Positions 19,854 to 30,167 of a stretch of DNA of 64,000 nucleotides are shown in pieces. Positions within the stretch are counted from its first letter, which is position 1. Each line of letters starts with the position of its first letter. Source of the DNA: Candidatus Lloydbacteria bacterium (GTDB lineage Bacteria; Patescibacteriota; Minisyncoccia; Phycocordibacterales; UBA6899); assembly GCA_043719805.1 (NCBI GenBank), contig JAYSTI010000001.1, positions 215,770 through 279,769 of the forward strand, given 5' to 3'. Under the pieces are notes generated by a model, which did no database searches, was not told where the DNA came from, and was given only the letters and a program-made list of their open reading frames with translations. The position numbers were made by a program, and so were the translations under genes.

Positions 19854-19870
19854 GCAAAAGAAATTATGTT

Positions 19871-20923
19871 TTATAGTGTCTTAAAGATTTGACGAAGATG
19901 CTCCACGCTAAAATTGCGCGCAACCACATCCTGCCCCGCACTTCCGACCCGCGGGAGTTCTGCCGTATTATATGCTCTCAAGATGGCATTAGCCAAATCG
20001 ACCGGATCACCCATATTTGAAAAAAATATATTTTTCCCCTCTTCAAAAAATCTCTCAACCGGGGCGCTCCGTCCCGTTACAATGGGGACACCTAGTGCCG
20101 CGGATTCGATGACCTTATTCGCAACAACACGTTTTGCTTTGTCGCTTTTTCCAAAGATCCCAAGGGAAAGATCTACTCCCTTGGTATACGCGAGTAAGTC
20201 TACGTACGGCACGCGCCCCATGAAAATGAGGCTGGGCAGAGAAAGAGAATCGACAAGTTCCTCCATTTTTTGTTTCGTTTGTCCGCTGCCGAGAAGCGTG
20301 AAGCGAATATCCTTATGATCGCGAAGAATGTGTGCCGCCCGAATGATGTGCTCTACCCCTTGCAGTGGTATAAAGTAGCCGCAAAATAATACTTGAAACT
20401 TCCCATCCTCCGCATGCGGGAGTTTTTTCTTCGTTACCGACCTCATGACATTCAGGTCGACAGCCACAGGGACAATGAGCGCGGGGCGTGTCCTGAGCGA
20501 AAATGTGCGGTCAAAATATTCTTTGTGCTCCATGGTGTCAAAAAAGAGGACATCGCAAAGATGCGTGAACACCCAGTCGAGGAGGAAATAATATGCGGCC
20601 TTAACGCTCCACCTACCGGCAAGCTTACGATCAAATACGAACGAATCATACAAAGAAGTAAACGCATCGCCGATATATTTCCCCCTCCAAAAGGGACGAA
20701 TAATGAGGAGTGGGAATACAAACTTTTTAGTTGGCTGGACGGCCAGTAATGCATCATAACTATTTCGCGCACTCCATAGCGATTTAATACGAGACCAAGT
20801 CGAATACTTTGCCATGTCACATTCCGTTGTTTTGTGAACATCTGAAAGTGCGCTCAAAAGCACATCGTTGCGCGGATATCCCCTCAGGCGCTCTCCAATA
20901 ACAAAAATATGCATGACATTCAT
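19871..20923 (-). CDS. GT4 glycosyltransferase
   Basis: GYFIPLQGVE, LGIFG, ANKVIESAALG; start codon uncertain. Confidence 0.85.
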   Translation of the reverse strand: MNVMHIFVIGERLRGYPRNDVLLSALSDVHKTTECDMAKYSTWSRIKSLWSARNSYDALLAVQPTKKFVFPLLIIRPFWRGKYIGDAFTSLYDSFVFDRKLAGRWSVKAAYYFLLDWVFTHLCDVLFFDTMEHKEYFDRTFSLRTRPALIVPVAVDLNVMRSVTKKKLPHAEDGKFQVLFCGYFIPLQGVEHIIRAAHILRDHKDIRFTLLGSGQTKQKMEELVDSLSLPSLIFMGRVPYVDLLAYTKGVDLSLGIFGKSDKAKRVVANKVIESAALGVPIVTGRSAPVERFFEEGKNIFFSNMGDPVDLANAILRAYNTAELPRVGSAGQDVVARNFSVEHLRQIFKTL

Positions 20924-20972
20924 TCTAACACCCCAAATTGCCGTAGGGTCACTTATTAAGACTAACGGTTTC

Positions 20973-20999
20973 AATAAAAAAACAGCGCTGGTGCGCTGT
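20973..20999 (-). terminator. Intrinsic terminator after the small ORF
   Basis: Minus strand ACAGCGC-ACCA-GCGCTGT followed by a T tract. Confidence 0.6.
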
Positions 21000-21005
21000 C
21001 GGGGC

Positions 21006-21191
21006 TCAGAACTTCTTCATGGGGCAGACGGGGTCGAAGGCACCGAACTTACTACGTGGCCACACGACAGCTGGCGGTTGGCTGGCGAGTTCGGCGCGAC
21101 GCTGTGCGATGCGGCGCTCGAGGTCGTCGAGCTCGAGCTTGGTGCCGGTGGCGACGAAATCTTGAATGGCGACTGGGGATGCACGATTCAT
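21006..21191 (-). CDS. Small (61 aa) hypothetical protein in its own transcription unit
   Basis: AGGAG Shine-Dalgarno, TTGACG-N17-TATACT promoter (21232-21260) and a downstream terminator. Confidence 0.6.
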   Translation of the reverse strand: MNRASPVAIQDFVATGTKLELDDLERRIAQRRAELASQPPAVVWPRSKFGAFDPVCPMKKF

Positions 21192-21266
21192 GGAAGAACT
21201 CCTGCTGTGATTGATCCGATTGAACTACCACAGTATACACAATAAGCTGAGGTACGTCAAGCCACC

Positions 21267-23006
21267 TCAACCGACGAACGTCATCAGCCTTTTTGCGCGC
21301 GCATCCCAACTGTAATCCCGTACAATCTCGGACGCATTTTTTGCCCGCTTCAGTCCTTCTTCTTTATTGCGAAGCAACATCGCTATTTTTTCCGCCAAAT
21401 CGCTCCGGTCTCCCGGCAGAAACAGCACCGCATTTTTCTCACTCAAAATTTCGCGCATGGAGGGTAGGTCTGACGCAACGATAGTCCGCCCAGATGCCAT
21501 GTACTCGAATAATTTTATCGGCGAGGTGAATCGTATGGATTCCTCGCTCACCGGCTCGTTGGGCAGTAGAAGCATATCTGCAGCACGAAGGTACGTGGGA
21601 ATTTGCGATGCGGATACGTGGGCGCGAATGATACAGCGTGAGTCGGTGCGCACCTCCTTGCATTCGGGAAAACGGTCGAGCTCTTCGTGCGTTCCGCCAA
21701 CCATGACGAGATGTGCGTCCGGAAACTGACTTCGCACATCGGCCCACGCACCACAGAGCGTCGCGACACCCTTCCAGCGAGCGAAGGAGCCGACGTACAT
21801 GACGATGTCACCATCGACAGGAAGATCGACTTTTTTGCGCGCATCTTCGCGTGAGATCTCAATAGCAAATTTTTCAAGATCGGCGCCGTTGCGAATGACT
21901 TCCGTATGTGTAAAACCATTTTTTCGAAAGACCTCTGCAGTGCCGTCTGAATTTGCGACGACCCCTTTCACTCCGCGAAGAAAGAACTTGAATACCCCAC
22001 TCTTCGAGCTCGGCCACAGATGCGCTTCGTAATACACATCCGCACCCTTCAATGCGAGGAGCCATGCGACCTCGGCATTACGTGTGTAATACACAGACGA
22101 CGTGTCTACTCTTTCTGCGGCGAGGGTGAGTAGAAAAAATGCGGCATCGATCCAATATGCGATCGCTCCGATGATGCTCTTTAGCCTGAGGGCGGGGAGC
22201 ACCGGTAAATATCGAACGGGAAATTGCTCGGTCAGTCCATAATATGCGAACACATCTTCACTAATGGCGTTTGTTCGCTTCGCCACCCAAAGCTCGACAT
22301 GCCCCCCCGCTCTTGCGAGGGACTGAAGAGTGTTGGCTATTTGGAGCCCGTGCGCCTTCTCGGTCGGCATACGCAAGTGCATCACAAATCGCCACAAGCG
22401 AACATGTTCCAATGCGTGTCGTGTCTTCTCCTCGTTTTCGGGGGTCACCACCATCGTGGTCATGGGAAGTTCATTGCGCACCACATACAGCGCCTCAAAG
22501 TTCTTCTCTCGTGCACTCTCCCATGCGTCCCTCATTTCTTCATTCATGTCTTCGCGCGCTCCATATCCACGGGACTGGAGTCTTTCTGCGCGCACACCTT
22601 CATCGGTGACAAAAAGCAGAAGTACGTCCGGGCGAGGAAGCTCGGCAAGAAACGTGCGCACTGACTCTTCCGAGAGAGCCCCATCAAAGAGTGAAATGAC
22701 ATTTTGATGATGGCCTTGGTCTATGATTGCGCGCGGAAGTCGCGACGCCTTCATGTATTTTGCATTGTGGACCAAAAAAAGATTGACGAACTTTGTGTAC
22801 CAAAAAGGAGATGCACCGCGGAAGCGAATCACGGCGACAAGGCCGTTAAAAAAATACACGGGGTGGCGTATCGCAAAACAGAGATTGTTCCAGAGAATAT
22901 CAGCGGCTCCATTCGTGTGGACGACACGCCAACCCTCTTCGTCGGCAAGCTTCCTTGCAAAAGTGCTTTTTCCGCTTCCCGGCAATCCTACAAGCTCAAG
23001 AATCAT
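21267..23006 (-). CDS. P-loop kinase-like domain fused to GT4 glycosyltransferase
   Basis: N-terminal GLPGSGKST, IIDQG, PRPD; C-terminal GSFARWKG, TSPIKLFEYMASG. Confidence 0.85.
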   Translation of the reverse strand: MILELVGLPGSGKSTFARKLADEEGWRVVHTNGAADILWNNLCFAIRHPVYFFNGLVAVIRFRGASPFWYTKFVNLFLVHNAKYMKASRLPRAIIDQGHHQNVISLFDGALSEESVRTFLAELPRPDVLLLFVTDEGVRAERLQSRGYGAREDMNEEMRDAWESAREKNFEALYVVRNELPMTTMVVTPENEEKTRHALEHVRLWRFVMHLRMPTEKAHGLQIANTLQSLARAGGHVELWVAKRTNAISEDVFAYYGLTEQFPVRYLPVLPALRLKSIIGAIAYWIDAAFFLLTLAAERVDTSSVYYTRNAEVAWLLALKGADVYYEAHLWPSSKSGVFKFFLRGVKGVVANSDGTAEVFRKNGFTHTEVIRNGADLEKFAIEISREDARKKVDLPVDGDIVMYVGSFARWKGVATLCGAWADVRSQFPDAHLVMVGGTHEELDRFPECKEVRTDSRCIIRAHVSASQIPTYLRAADMLLLPNEPVSEESIRFTSPIKLFEYMASGRTIVASDLPSMREILSEKNAVLFLPGDRSDLAEKIAMLLRNKEEGLKRAKNASEIVRDYSWDARAKRLMTFVG

Positions 23007-23017
23007 GATGAACCGGG

Positions 23018-23755
23018 TTATGGCTTACGAAAAGTTACGCAATAGGATTCGGCGAATAACCCACCAAAGAATCCAAGTGGCCTGCCCTCAAATAACTTTC
23101 CCAAATACCTATTCGCGAGTGCCGAATGGAGGAGCGGAAATACCATTGTCACGGGATAACAATCAACGTCGATGAACCCAGCCTCAAGAAATACGCTTTG
23201 GAGCGCCGTGGGGGCGATTTGCCCCTGGTGGAGGTCGCTTTTCGCCCGACGGAGGAGCTGTTCACGTTGGTAGTGGGGCATTTTGGTTATCAGAAATCCC
23301 CTTCCCTTTGATTCGAGTACGGAAAAGATCTTCTCACAAAACTGTTTTTTGTCGTCGATGTATTCGATGACGCGTGACGAAAAAAAATAATCGTACTTTC
23401 TCTCAGGCTTCCATTCGAGAATATCTGATTCGACGTAGTGCACATTTGCATTCTCGCCGACGGCTTTTTGCGCACGCAGAAGCATCTCTTTTGAAATATC
23501 AAGAAGGTAAAACGATGCATCCGGAAAACGTGAGAGGAGGTGCTTTGTCCACGTGCCTGCTCCTGGGCCGAGTTCGAGGATAGAAGACGGATCTAACGCC
23601 GCATCGTCGAGAACGTGCACCGTGATCGCATCCTTGGTCTGCGCGTATCCCATCCGCTGAATCTCGTCTTTGAACCAACGCGTATATTCGTAATCATCGC
23701 CAAATTTCCCCGGCATGGTTTCGTTATAAAAATTTTTGACCTCGTTGTTTGCCAT
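23018..23755 (-). CDS. Class I SAM methyltransferase
   Basis: LELGPGAGTWT, DISKEML. Confidence 0.85.
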   Translation of the reverse strand: MANNEVKNFYNETMPGKFGDDYEYTRWFKDEIQRMGYAQTKDAITVHVLDDAALDPSSILELGPGAGTWTKHLLSRFPDASFYLLDISKEMLLRAQKAVGENANVHYVESDILEWKPERKYDYFFSSRVIEYIDDKKQFCEKIFSVLESKGRGFLITKMPHYQREQLLRRAKSDLHQGQIAPTALQSVFLEAGFIDVDCYPVTMVFPLLHSALANRYLGKLFEGRPLGFFGGLFAESYCVTFRKP

Positions 23756-23872
23756 ATGGTTAGTCCTAAGATAACACGATTTTCTCACATAATGACGCAA
23801 ATGCCACGCCCACTTGTTCGACATACCGTGGTGTGGCTAGAAATGGCACATATTTCTTGGTACACTCATCGA

Positions 23873-24490
23873 ATGACAACGCACGACGAACGCTACCGGA
23901 TGTGGATGGCATCAATATTTACAAAAAACGTTCCCAAGAAACTGGTGATAGACATCGGTGGAGGACTGCGTCTCAAGAGTACTCAAGGTGACCGCTACAA
24001 TTCGGATACCGCGTGGCTTTCGAAGCTCGCAGAAAACGTTGACTACAAGATAATGGATCCCGTCGACACATTTCACCCCGACATTGTCGGAGACATTCAC
24101 AAGATGCCATTCGGAGATAACTTCATCGATGCCATCATCTGCTCATCGGTACTTGAGCACGTAACGAATCCTTTCCTTGCGGCAGAGGAAATATATCGCA
24201 CACTCAAGCCCGGCGGCCAGGTATACCTCTATGTCCCCTTTCTGTATTACTATCATCCGGAACCCGGCTACTACGGCGACTACTGGCGGTTCACCGAAGA
24301 GGCTATTCGCGAACTCTTCAAAAAGTTTTCCTCATTTGAAATAATTCCCATTCGCGGCGCACTTGAAACTTGGGTGATACTCAACCCGCATACGCGCTTT
24401 CTCGAGCCTGTTGCGCGCGCCATCGACCGCCTCATTGGAAAGAACAAAACAAAGCAAGTAAGTGCCTATGCCGCACTGCTCACCAAATAG
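23873..24490 (+). CDS. Class I SAM methyltransferase
   Basis: IDIGGG, CSSVLEHV, LKPGG, DYWRFT. Confidence 0.85.
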   Translation: MTTHDERYRMWMASIFTKNVPKKLVIDIGGGLRLKSTQGDRYNSDTAWLSKLAENVDYKIMDPVDTFHPDIVGDIHKMPFGDNFIDAIICSSVLEHVTNPFLAAEEIYRTLKPGGQVYLYVPFLYYYHPEPGYYGDYWRFTEEAIRELFKKFSSFEIIPIRGALETWVILNPHTRFLEPVARAIDRLIGKNKTKQVSAYAALLTK

Positions 24491-24505
24491 CCCCTGCGGA
24501 AAACC

Positions 24506-25948
24506 ATGTTGTTTAATTCTCTCAATTTCCTGATATTCTTCCCGGTTGTGTCGACGCTTTTTTTTCTGCTTCCCCATCGTTTTCGATGGGCGCTGCTTCT
24601 CGTTGCGAGCTGTATCTTCTATATGGCGTTCATTCCAAAATATATTCTTATTTTGGCAGCCACAATTGTCGTAGACTACTTTGCGGGGATACAGATCGAG
24701 CGCTCCACCGGAAAAAGAAGGATGGTATTTCTCACAGTATCCATACTTTCCAATATAGGATTTCTCGCGTTTTTCAAATACGGGAACTTCATAGAAGTGA
24801 ACGTCAACGCACTCGCACAATTTCTTGACTGGAACTACTCTCTTGCGGCACTTAAAATAATATTGCCAGTCGGACTCTCGTTTCATACATTTCAGGCCTT
24901 AAGCTACATCATAGAGGTCTACCGGGGTACCCAAAAGGCTGAGCGCAATTTTGGTATCTTTGCGCTTTATGTCATGTTCTTCCCTCAGTTGGTTGCCGGT
25001 CCTATAGAGCGACCGCAAAACCTGCTTCCACAATTCCGCATCGAGCACCACTTCGACCTCGAGCGGGTCGGATCGGGCCTACGACTCATGCTTTGGGGTT
25101 TCTTCAAAAAAATGGTTGTTGCGGACACGCTCGCAGCCGGAGTAAATGTCGTATTTAATAATCCGACAGACTTCACCGGAACCGCATTCATTGTAGCGAC
25201 AATATTTTTTGCATTCCAAATTTATTGTGACTTCTCCGGATACTCGGACATTGCGATCGGCTCAGCACGAGTCCTCGGTTTCAAGCTCATGCAAAACTTC
25301 GACGACCCGTACCACTCACGCTCAATTTCAGAATTCTGGAAACGATGGCACATCTCACTCTCAACTTGGTTCAAGGATTATCTCTACATCCCGCTCGGAG
25401 GAAACAGGGTTCCCAAATGGCGTAATTACCTAAATCTTTTCATTGTGTTTACTGTGAGCGGACTATGGCATGGGGCAAACTGGACATTTATCGCATGGGG
25501 GGCACTTCATGGTGCGTACCTCATCCTTGCTATCGTTTTCAGAAAATGGCGCGAGCGACTCGCATCGCTCTTACACCTCGACCACTTTCGCATTCTTTCC
25601 GCGGCGCTCAGCATTGCCACGACATTCTCACTTGTCTCGATCGGCTGGATATTTTTCCGCGCAAATTCTATTCAGGATGCAATATATATTGTTTCGCACC
25701 TCTTCATGGGACTCTCCCTCGATAGCTACTCCCTCACCCTCACAAAGGGGCGCACGTGGCTCATCTACGCTCTCGCTGCAATCGCGGTTATGGAGACGGT
25801 CCAGATCCTCATCAAGAGCCCCCGTGCTGTAGCCTATTTTATGAATTGTCCCAAATATGTCCGAATAGCGATCTACGCTGTCTTGACCCTCACCATCCTC
25901 CTTTCGGGAAACACCAATGAGGCACAATTCATCTATTTTCAATTTTAA
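24506..25948 (+). CDS. MBOAT O-acyltransferase (AlgI/PatA/DltB-like)
   Basis: LPVGLSFHTFQ, FPQLVAGPIER, DFSGYSDIA, FWKRWHISLS, GLWHGA. Confidence 0.95.
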   Translation: MLFNSLNFLIFFPVVSTLFFLLPHRFRWALLLVASCIFYMAFIPKYILILAATIVVDYFAGIQIERSTGKRRMVFLTVSILSNIGFLAFFKYGNFIEVNVNALAQFLDWNYSLAALKIILPVGLSFHTFQALSYIIEVYRGTQKAERNFGIFALYVMFFPQLVAGPIERPQNLLPQFRIEHHFDLERVGSGLRLMLWGFFKKMVVADTLAAGVNVVFNNPTDFTGTAFIVATIFFAFQIYCDFSGYSDIAIGSARVLGFKLMQNFDDPYHSRSISEFWKRWHISLSTWFKDYLYIPLGGNRVPKWRNYLNLFIVFTVSGLWHGANWTFIAWGALHGAYLILAIVFRKWRERLASLLHLDHFRILSAALSIATTFSLVSIGWIFFRANSIQDAIYIVSHLFMGLSLDSYSLTLTKGRTWLIYALAAIAVMETVQILIKSPRAVAYFMNCPKYVRIAIYAVLTLTILLSGNTNEAQFIYFQF

Positions 25949-26001
25949 TGCTCCGGACAATTCTCGTGTGAGTTGGAGTAACCAGCCGAGCATCACAAGC
26001 A

Positions 26002-27852
26002 CTACTTCGCTCCGGGGACCTCGTAAACAGTAAAATACTGATCGGCATATACCATGCTCCATGCGACGACCTCCTCCATTCTCTGAGCCTGCGCATTTGG
26101 AACAACGACAAATCGTACGTGATATGCACGAAGCGACTCCGCCGGTCGCACGAGAATCTTTTCTCGATATTCCTTTTCCATTTCGCGAAACCGCGAGTGA
26201 TCGGCATCATTGTATGTTGGTGGTGGACTAATGCAGCGCTCACCTGAAGTAAGCTTCTTGCACACAGAGAACCACAACTCGGCATTTCTTGTATAAAACA
26301 ACTTTCCCCCGCTCCAAAAATCATTTGCGGAACGTTCAATCAGGTCGATATCAACGGGTGACGGGAAGCGCGAAAGGAGCCATCGTTCTTCGATCTCCCT
26401 GTTTGATGCAAAATATCCAAGTCCGTATCGATTAAAAAGGATGGGATTCCCCGTCTCAATGGGGATATATCCACTCATTCGCTCCGATGCAAGTACGACA
26501 GATCGTTCACCCTGAGCACTCAACCAGTCAAATACTCCGGAGTAAGACTCCACCTCAAGCACGACCTCTCGGGACATGTTTAGCGGTTGAAGTGACCTGG
26601 GCAGCGAAAGGACAGCTTCTAATGCGAGCAAGAAAAAAAGTCCGAGCGCGACAATCCGGAGAAACAATCGCTTCCCGAAAAAATCACGACTAAGTGGTGT
26701 CCGACAAAAAAAGACAATGACGACTGAGAGGAACACCCAAAACATCGCAAACCGACCAACGTGCGTAGCGTTTTCAAAATCGACACCGGTGATGTTGCTC
26801 GAGACAAGCGCAAGGAGTATCCCCGTCCCACAAATGAGGAGGAAGTCAAAAACCGAGGCCATCCTATTGTCTGCACATGATTTTCGAAAAATTATGCACA
26901 TTGTGACACCGACAAGGATCCATCGTCCGTAGTAATATTCCTCAATTTGAGGCAGATGAGAAAACAGGGGCGCGTACCGCAGGAGTGTTTCATGATAAAA
27001 TTGATCTTTTGCTCCAAAAAATGCAAATATGGCAAATGGCACCACAAACAATGCGGCACACGCCGATGCCCAGAAATATTGCGGGAGATGCTCGCGACGG
27101 CGGACAAAGAGGTGTACAAAGATCACCGCCCACGTCGATGCAACAAGCACAAATAAATGCGGGTATACAAAGACTGTTCCCCCGACCAATGATCCAAGGA
27201 GTGAGGCGAGGCGAAAGTCTCTCTTTGCCAGCCATTCCGACAGGAGAAGGAGGAATAAGACATACACCGGCAAATAAATTTGCATTGACGTCTGGCGAAG
27301 TACGTACGAGTACGTACCGAGCAATATCAAACTCGCCCCTATCACCGAACCGCGAGAGGATATACCGAGAGATTTAAGAAGAAGAAAAAGTAACGACACA
27401 TACACAAGACACCAAAGAAAAAAATTTAATAGTACGGCAAAAAGAGGCGGGAAGCCCAGAAAAAAAGGCAATGCAGCCAACATGTCGGGGAATGGCGTGG
27501 ACGGAAACTGTTCCCCGATATGTTCAAGAAAATAGGGATTGCTCCCAAAGATATATCCCTCTGAGACTACCATTGCCCGAGAAATATAGAACTGTGCGTC
27601 GCCGACCAATTCGGGAAGGATCCCCCGCCACGAGTCACCCGCAAGTACCCGTACTTCAACATAGGGCACAATTGCTGCAAACAGGACAACAGCAACGAGG
27701 GCGCCGAAGGCCCGCAGTGGGAATAGTTTGGATGGAAAAAGTTTTCCCCCTTCGCAAGAACGCCCGATCTCCTCAGTGAACCAATTTCCGAGGCGGTGAA
27801 AATTGCCGGACATCATTGTGGCATTGTATATATCATGCACGGACCATGTCAA
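26002..27852 (-). CDS. Polytopic membrane protein (possible GT-C or polymerase)
   Basis: 616 aa with many hydrophobic segments, GDAQFY loop; glycan-locus context. Confidence 0.55.
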   Translation of the reverse strand: MTWSVHDIYNATMMSGNFHRLGNWFTEEIGRSCEGGKLFPSKLFPLRAFGALVAVVLFAAIVPYVEVRVLAGDSWRGILPELVGDAQFYISRAMVVSEGYIFGSNPYFLEHIGEQFPSTPFPDMLAALPFFLGFPPLFAVLLNFFLWCLVYVSLLFLLLKSLGISSRGSVIGASLILLGTYSYVLRQTSMQIYLPVYVLFLLLLSEWLAKRDFRLASLLGSLVGGTVFVYPHLFVLVASTWAVIFVHLFVRRREHLPQYFWASACAALFVVPFAIFAFFGAKDQFYHETLLRYAPLFSHLPQIEEYYYGRWILVGVTMCIIFRKSCADNRMASVFDFLLICGTGILLALVSSNITGVDFENATHVGRFAMFWVFLSVVIVFFCRTPLSRDFFGKRLFLRIVALGLFFLLALEAVLSLPRSLQPLNMSREVVLEVESYSGVFDWLSAQGERSVVLASERMSGYIPIETGNPILFNRYGLGYFASNREIEERWLLSRFPSPVDIDLIERSANDFWSGGKLFYTRNAELWFSVCKKLTSGERCISPPPTYNDADHSRFREMEKEYREKILVRPAESLRAYHVRFVVVPNAQAQRMEEVVAWSMVYADQYFTVYEVPGAK

Positions 27853-27881
27853 ACAGATATATTTTCACTTTCAATAGAAAA

Positions 27882-28916
27882 CTACTGTGCACTTAATATA
27901 GACGAGATCTGGTCTGCAACGAGTTTCGCACCATACGCAGTGACGTGTCCGTCGCCCTCAATAAAAATTTCGCTCATATTAGGGTGAGTTGCAATGATGG
28001 GTTCCATGGTGGCACAAGTGAGGCCAAATTTAGCACAGGTGTCTTCGAAAAGTTTTAAGTTTGCACGATAGAGCTCGGTGTTCCCCACTTCTTTGTAAAA
28101 AGGTATTTCGTATATTAGCAAACGCGCACTTGGATGTTCTGCCTTCAATTTCTCAAAAATCCTGAACACACTCTCCATTTTTGTTACATCAAAAACCTGC
28201 GGCTGTTTTGCGCTGACCTTCAAATTGAACCCGATGGCCTTGCGCACGAGGGGGCGCAAAAGTGTGTAGGTCGCAGTATTTCGTACTTGCGCAACAAGCC
28301 CGGAAGGCTTTGAGCTCGGTGTCGCCGGAAGAAGCGGCATATTCGCGGGTACGTCAAACGAATCTTTAAAATATGGCTTCGCGAAACCCTGATATTCGTC
28401 TGATTCAATCCCTGGCAAATCATTGATAGGAAACAATACTGCAACGATGTCAGTCACATTATATACGGGCAGTGCGGCTCTCGCGCGTAGGAGATACTGG
28501 TCAGGCGCATAACCGCTTACGCCAAGATTCAACACCTGCTTGCCATTTAATTTTTTCTCAATTAAATAAGGAAAAGATTCTTCATAGGGCAGGTAGTAAC
28601 TCTCAACAAAACTGCTCCCCAGCATCGCGACGGATTGTTGCGTCGTGGAGGCATGCTCATGCCAACGAGCGGCAGTCGTCGGAAACCCTTCCGGATTGTA
28701 ATAATTGAACTGTCCGTAATAAAGAGACGAGCGATAAAACTTATAATCACTGCGCGTCTTCCACCCGAGCAAATCATCGAATTGGTACGTAGCCATTCGG
28801 TCGGTCGTTGGATCAATACCAACAACGATGCGGAGAAAATACTCCGTACAAAAAAAGACGGTCCCAAGTCCGAGTACCCCGATGACGCCACGTGAAATGA
28901 ATCGCTTGATGGACAT
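27882..28916 (-). CDS. SGNH/GDSL-family protein (O-acetylation partner)
   Basis: N-terminal TM, LGSSFVES, NLGVSGY, ND, DGH. Confidence 0.8.
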   Translation of the reverse strand: MSIKRFISRGVIGVLGLGTVFFCTEYFLRIVVGIDPTTDRMATYQFDDLLGWKTRSDYKFYRSSLYYGQFNYYNPEGFPTTAARWHEHASTTQQSVAMLGSSFVESYYLPYEESFPYLIEKKLNGKQVLNLGVSGYAPDQYLLRARAALPVYNVTDIVAVLFPINDLPGIESDEYQGFAKPYFKDSFDVPANMPLLPATPSSKPSGLVAQVRNTATYTLLRPLVRKAIGFNLKVSAKQPQVFDVTKMESVFRIFEKLKAEHPSARLLIYEIPFYKEVGNTELYRANLKLFEDTCAKFGLTCATMEPIIATHPNMSEIFIEGDGHVTAYGAKLVADQISSILSAQ

Positions 28917-28997
28917 GAAATGTAGGATAAATATACACGCCATGCATAGGTCAAGCAACACTTGTGGGTCGCGGTGCTCATCGGTATAGTTATGTGC

Positions 28998-30167
28998 ATG
29001 AATCTCCATGAGTACGAAGGTAAGGAGCTCCTCAGGCGGGGTGGCATTGAGATTCCGCGTGGGAAACTTTTTGACGGGTCAGATGCCCCCCCAGAATTAG
29101 CATATCCCGTCTTCGTGAAGGCTCAGATACTTGCGGGCAGGCGAATGAGCTCAGGTGGAATCATGATTGCACGAGACTATGAGGAATTGGCTCTTGCAAC
29201 AACCAAGCTGCTCGGAAGTACGCTGGCGGACAGGATAGTCAAGGATGTGCTCGTTGAAGAGGCGGTTGCCTTTACCGGTCAGGAACATTTTGTCTCTTTT
29301 TCATGTGACACAAAGACTAGGACGTTCGTGTGCACAACCTCCGATGAGGGCGGTACGGGAATAGAGGAGCGGCCGGTGCAGAGGTTTGTCATTGATTACG
29401 AAAATCCTCAATTCGACAACAGCGCAGTTCCGCGCGCGGTTCTCGAAAAACTCTTTGATATATTTTGTGTGAATGATTGCATTCTCCTTGAGGTCAACCC
29501 ACTCGTTCACTGCCTTGATACCGACACCTGGGTAGCGCTTGATGCAAAGATCGTCATCGACGATTTCGCGTTGCCACGACACCCGGAATTCACTTTCTCT
29601 GAGCGCACGAACACTCCAGGAAACATCAGAACATCACGGGAAATAGCCGCTCAAAAAATTGACCATGGAGATCATCGCGGTAGTGCGGGCTCATCGTATG
29701 TCGACCTCGACGGGAACATCGGGATGCTCCCCTCCGGTGGAGGGGCATCACTCATTGCGATGGATGCACTCTTTCAAAATGGCGGGAGGCCGGCAAACTA
29801 TACTGAATATTCGGGAAACCCCACAAAAGAGAAAGTGGAAAAACTTGTTTCCATCGTTATATCAAAACCCGGACTTCACGCGCTGTGGGTGGTTGGAGCT
29901 GTCGCAAATTTCACCGACATTTATGAAACTCTGAGTGGCCTCGTCCTTGGACTACGTGCCGCACGAAATAATTTATCACTTCCCATTGACTACCCCATCA
30001 TCATCCGCCGAGGGGGGCCACGTGATGAGGAGGCATACGCGATGCTTCGTGAGGTAACGGATTTCGACCTACATCTTTTTGGAGAAGAAACAAGCATCGA
30101 ACAGTCGGCGAAGGAAGTGATGAAATTAGCCCAAGCGTATGCAAATAAACAAACTCATACCAAATAA
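28998..30167 (+). CDS. ATP-citrate lyase beta subunit / citryl-CoA synthetase large subunit
   Basis: MNLHEYEGK ATP-grasp, EVNPL, LDAK; citrate-binding motifs GGGAS, ANYTEYSGNP, ANFTD, RRGGP. Confidence 0.85.
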   Translation: MNLHEYEGKELLRRGGIEIPRGKLFDGSDAPPELAYPVFVKAQILAGRRMSSGGIMIARDYEELALATTKLLGSTLADRIVKDVLVEEAVAFTGQEHFVSFSCDTKTRTFVCTTSDEGGTGIEERPVQRFVIDYENPQFDNSAVPRAVLEKLFDIFCVNDCILLEVNPLVHCLDTDTWVALDAKIVIDDFALPRHPEFTFSERTNTPGNIRTSREIAAQKIDHGDHRGSAGSSYVDLDGNIGMLPSGGGASLIAMDALFQNGGRPANYTEYSGNPTKEKVEKLVSIVISKPGLHALWVVGAVANFTDIYETLSGLVLGLRAARNNLSLPIDYPIIIRRGGPRDEEAYAMLREVTDFDLHLFGEETSIEQSAKEVMKLAQAYANKQTHTK

